Shown here: positions 62,027 to 64,000 of the stretch, piece after piece
Position numbering within the stretch: the stretch's first letter is position 1
Layout: every line of letters starts with the position of its first letter
DNA from: Ranitomeya imitator
Taxonomy: Eukaryota
Assembly (NCBI RefSeq): GCF_032444005.1
Contig: NC_091289.1
Coordinates: 90,210,001-90,274,000 of the forward strand
DNA: 64,000 bases
Direction: 5' to 3'
Made by a program: the position numbers and the translations under genes
The notes under the pieces: model-generated
Seen by the model: the letters and a program-made list of their open reading frames with translations, nothing else
Told to the model about the DNA's origin: nothing
Databases searched by the model: none

Positions 62027-64000
62027 CCCCTTCCCGACCCATGACGCCACGTAGGCGTCATGAAAGTCGGTGCCATTCTGACCCATGACGCCTATGCGGC
62101 GTCATGGAAAGATCGCGTCCCTGCAGATCGGGTGAAAGGGTTAACTCCCATTTCACCCGATCTGCAGGGACAGGGGGAGTGGTAGTTTAGCCCAGGGGGG
62201 GTGGCTTCACCCCCTCGTGGCTACGATCGCTCTGATTGGCTGTTGAAAGTGAAACTGCCAATCAGAGCGATTTGTAATATTTCACCCATTATAACGGGTG
62301 AAATATTACAATCCAGCCATGGCCGATGCTGAAATATCATCGGCCATGGCTGGAAATACTAGTGTGCCCCCACCCCACCCCTCCGATCGCCCCCCCACCC
62401 CCCCGATCTGGCCGGTACACTGCTCCGGCTCCCCTCCGCCCTGTGCTCCGCTCCCCCCCGTGCTCGTGTCCGCTCCCCCCGTGCTCCAATCACCCCCCCG
62501 TGCTCCAATCACCCCCCCTGCACTCCGATCCACCCCCCCCCCGTGCTCCGTTCCACCCCCCCGTGCTCCATTCCAGCCCCCCGTGCTCCATTCCAGCCCC
62601 CCCGTGCTCCGTTCCACGCCCCCCGTGCTCCGTTCCACCCCCCCGTGCTCCGTTCCACCCCCCCGTGCTCCATTCCAGCCCCCCCCGTGCTCCGTTCCAC
62701 GCCCCCCGCGCTCCGTTCCACCCCTCCCGCGCTCCGATTCCCCCCGCCCGTGCTCCGATCCCCCGCCCCCCGTGGTCCCTCCCCACCCTATCATACTTAC
62801 CGATCCAGCCGTGGTCCCGTCCGTCTTCTCCCGGGCGCCGCCATCTTCCAAAATGGCGGGCGCATGCGCAGTGCGCCCGCCGAATCTGCCGGCCGGCAGA
62901 TTCGTTCCAAAGTGCATTTTGATCACTGAGATATAATCTATCTCAGTGATCAAAATAAAAAAAATAATAAATGACCCCCCCCCCCCCTTTGTCACCCCCA
63001 TAGGTAGGGACAATAAAAAAATAAAGAAATTTTTTTTTTTCCACTAATGTTAGAATAGGGTTAGGGGTAGGGTTAGGGTTAGGGCTAGGGTTAGGGCTAG
63101 GGTTAGGGTTAGGAATGTGCACACGTATTCTGGTCCTCTGCGGATTTTTCCGCTGCGGATTTGATAAATCCGCAGTGCTAAACCGCTGCGGATTTATGGC
63201 GGATTTACCGCGTTTTTTTCTGCGCATTTCACTGCGGTTTTACAATTGCGATTTTCTATTGGAGCAGTTGTAAAACCGCTGCGGAATCCGCACAAAGAAG
63301 TGACATGCTGCGGAATGTAAACCGCTGCGTTTCCGTGCAGTTTTTCCGCAGCATGTGTACAGCGATTTTTGTTTCCCATAGGTTTACATTGAACTGTACA
63401 CTCATGGGAAACTGCTGCGGATCCGCAGCGTTTTCCGCAGCGTGTGCACATACCTTTAGAATTAGGCTATGTGCACACGGTGCGGATTTGGCTGCGGATT
63501 CGCAGCAGTGTTCCATCAGGTTTACAGTACCATGTAAACATATGAAAAACCAAATCCGCTGTGCCCATGGTGCGGAAAATACCGCGCGGGAACGCTGCGT
63601 TGTATTTTCCGCAGCATGTCAATTCTTTGTGCGGATTCCGCAGCGTTTTACACCTGTTCCTCAATAGGAATCCGCAGGTGAAATCCGCACAAAAAACACT
63701 GGAAATCCGCGGAAAATCCGCAGGTAAAACACAGTGCCTTTTACCCGCAGATTTTTCAAAAATGGTGCGGAAATATCTCACACGAATCCGCAACGTGGGC
63801 ACATAGCCTTAGGGTTAGGGTTGGAATTAGGGTTGTGGTTAGGGTTAGGGGTGTGTTGGGGTTAGTGTTGTGGTTAGGGGTGTGTTGGGGTTAGGGTTGT
63901 GATTAGGATTATGGCTACAGTTGGGATTAGGGTTAGGGGTGTGTTGGGGTTAGTGTTGGAGTTAGAATTGAGGGGTTACCACTGTTTAGGCACATCAGGG
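62027..64000. mobile_element. Second copy (inverted, runs off the window) of the 38319-43887 piggyBac-like element
   Basis: TTAA|CCCCTTCCCGACCCATGACGCC; reverse complement of about 41870-43887. Confidence 0.92.
63056..63113 (+). repeat. Interstitial telomeric (TTAGGG/CTAGGG)n tract
   Basis: About nine hexamers: TTAGGG GTAGGG TTAGGG TTAGGG CTAGGG TTAGGG CTAGGG TTAGGG TTAGG. Confidence 0.92.

Noticed and set aside
62298-63013. Pro/Gly-rich ORFs, also at 43074-43616 and 61258-61904
   Set aside because: G/C-run minisatellites inside non-autonomous elements.
63056-63113. Telomeric repeat as evidence of a chromosome end or fusion site
   Set aside because: It is short, single-orientation and embedded in a transposon present twice in the window.

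Overview
Eukaryotic (vertebrate) genomic DNA. An anuran amphibian is most likely, inferred from the transposon repertoire (CR1 with TAACATAG tails, TTAA-flanked MITEs, Neptune-type Penelope elements). The only host gene I can support is on the + strand: four phase-0 coiled-coil exons (2875-2994, 15916-16008, 29093-29296, 49640-49786) of PDE4DIP/myomegalin, separated by 13-20 kb introns. The introns are almost entirely transposable elements: several Tc1/mariner copies, hAT elements with exact 8-bp TSDs, piggyBac-like TTAA elements, Harbinger-like and T2-like MITEs, a non-autonomous Helitron, CR1 and L2 LINE fragments, solo LTRs, a DIRS-type RT fragment and TE-internal satellites, often nested 3-4 deep. 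The most notable object is a young, nearly intact Penelope-like element (54582-60243). It has a 15-bp TSD, an RT + GIY-YIG ORF broken only by one extra A, and inverted pseudo-LTRs. It carries two hammerhead ribozymes; the copy lying in the host pre-mRNA sense has a mutated cleavage triplet (GUA->GCA), while the antisense copy is intact. All assignments come from reading the sequence and recalled family features; no database searches were run.
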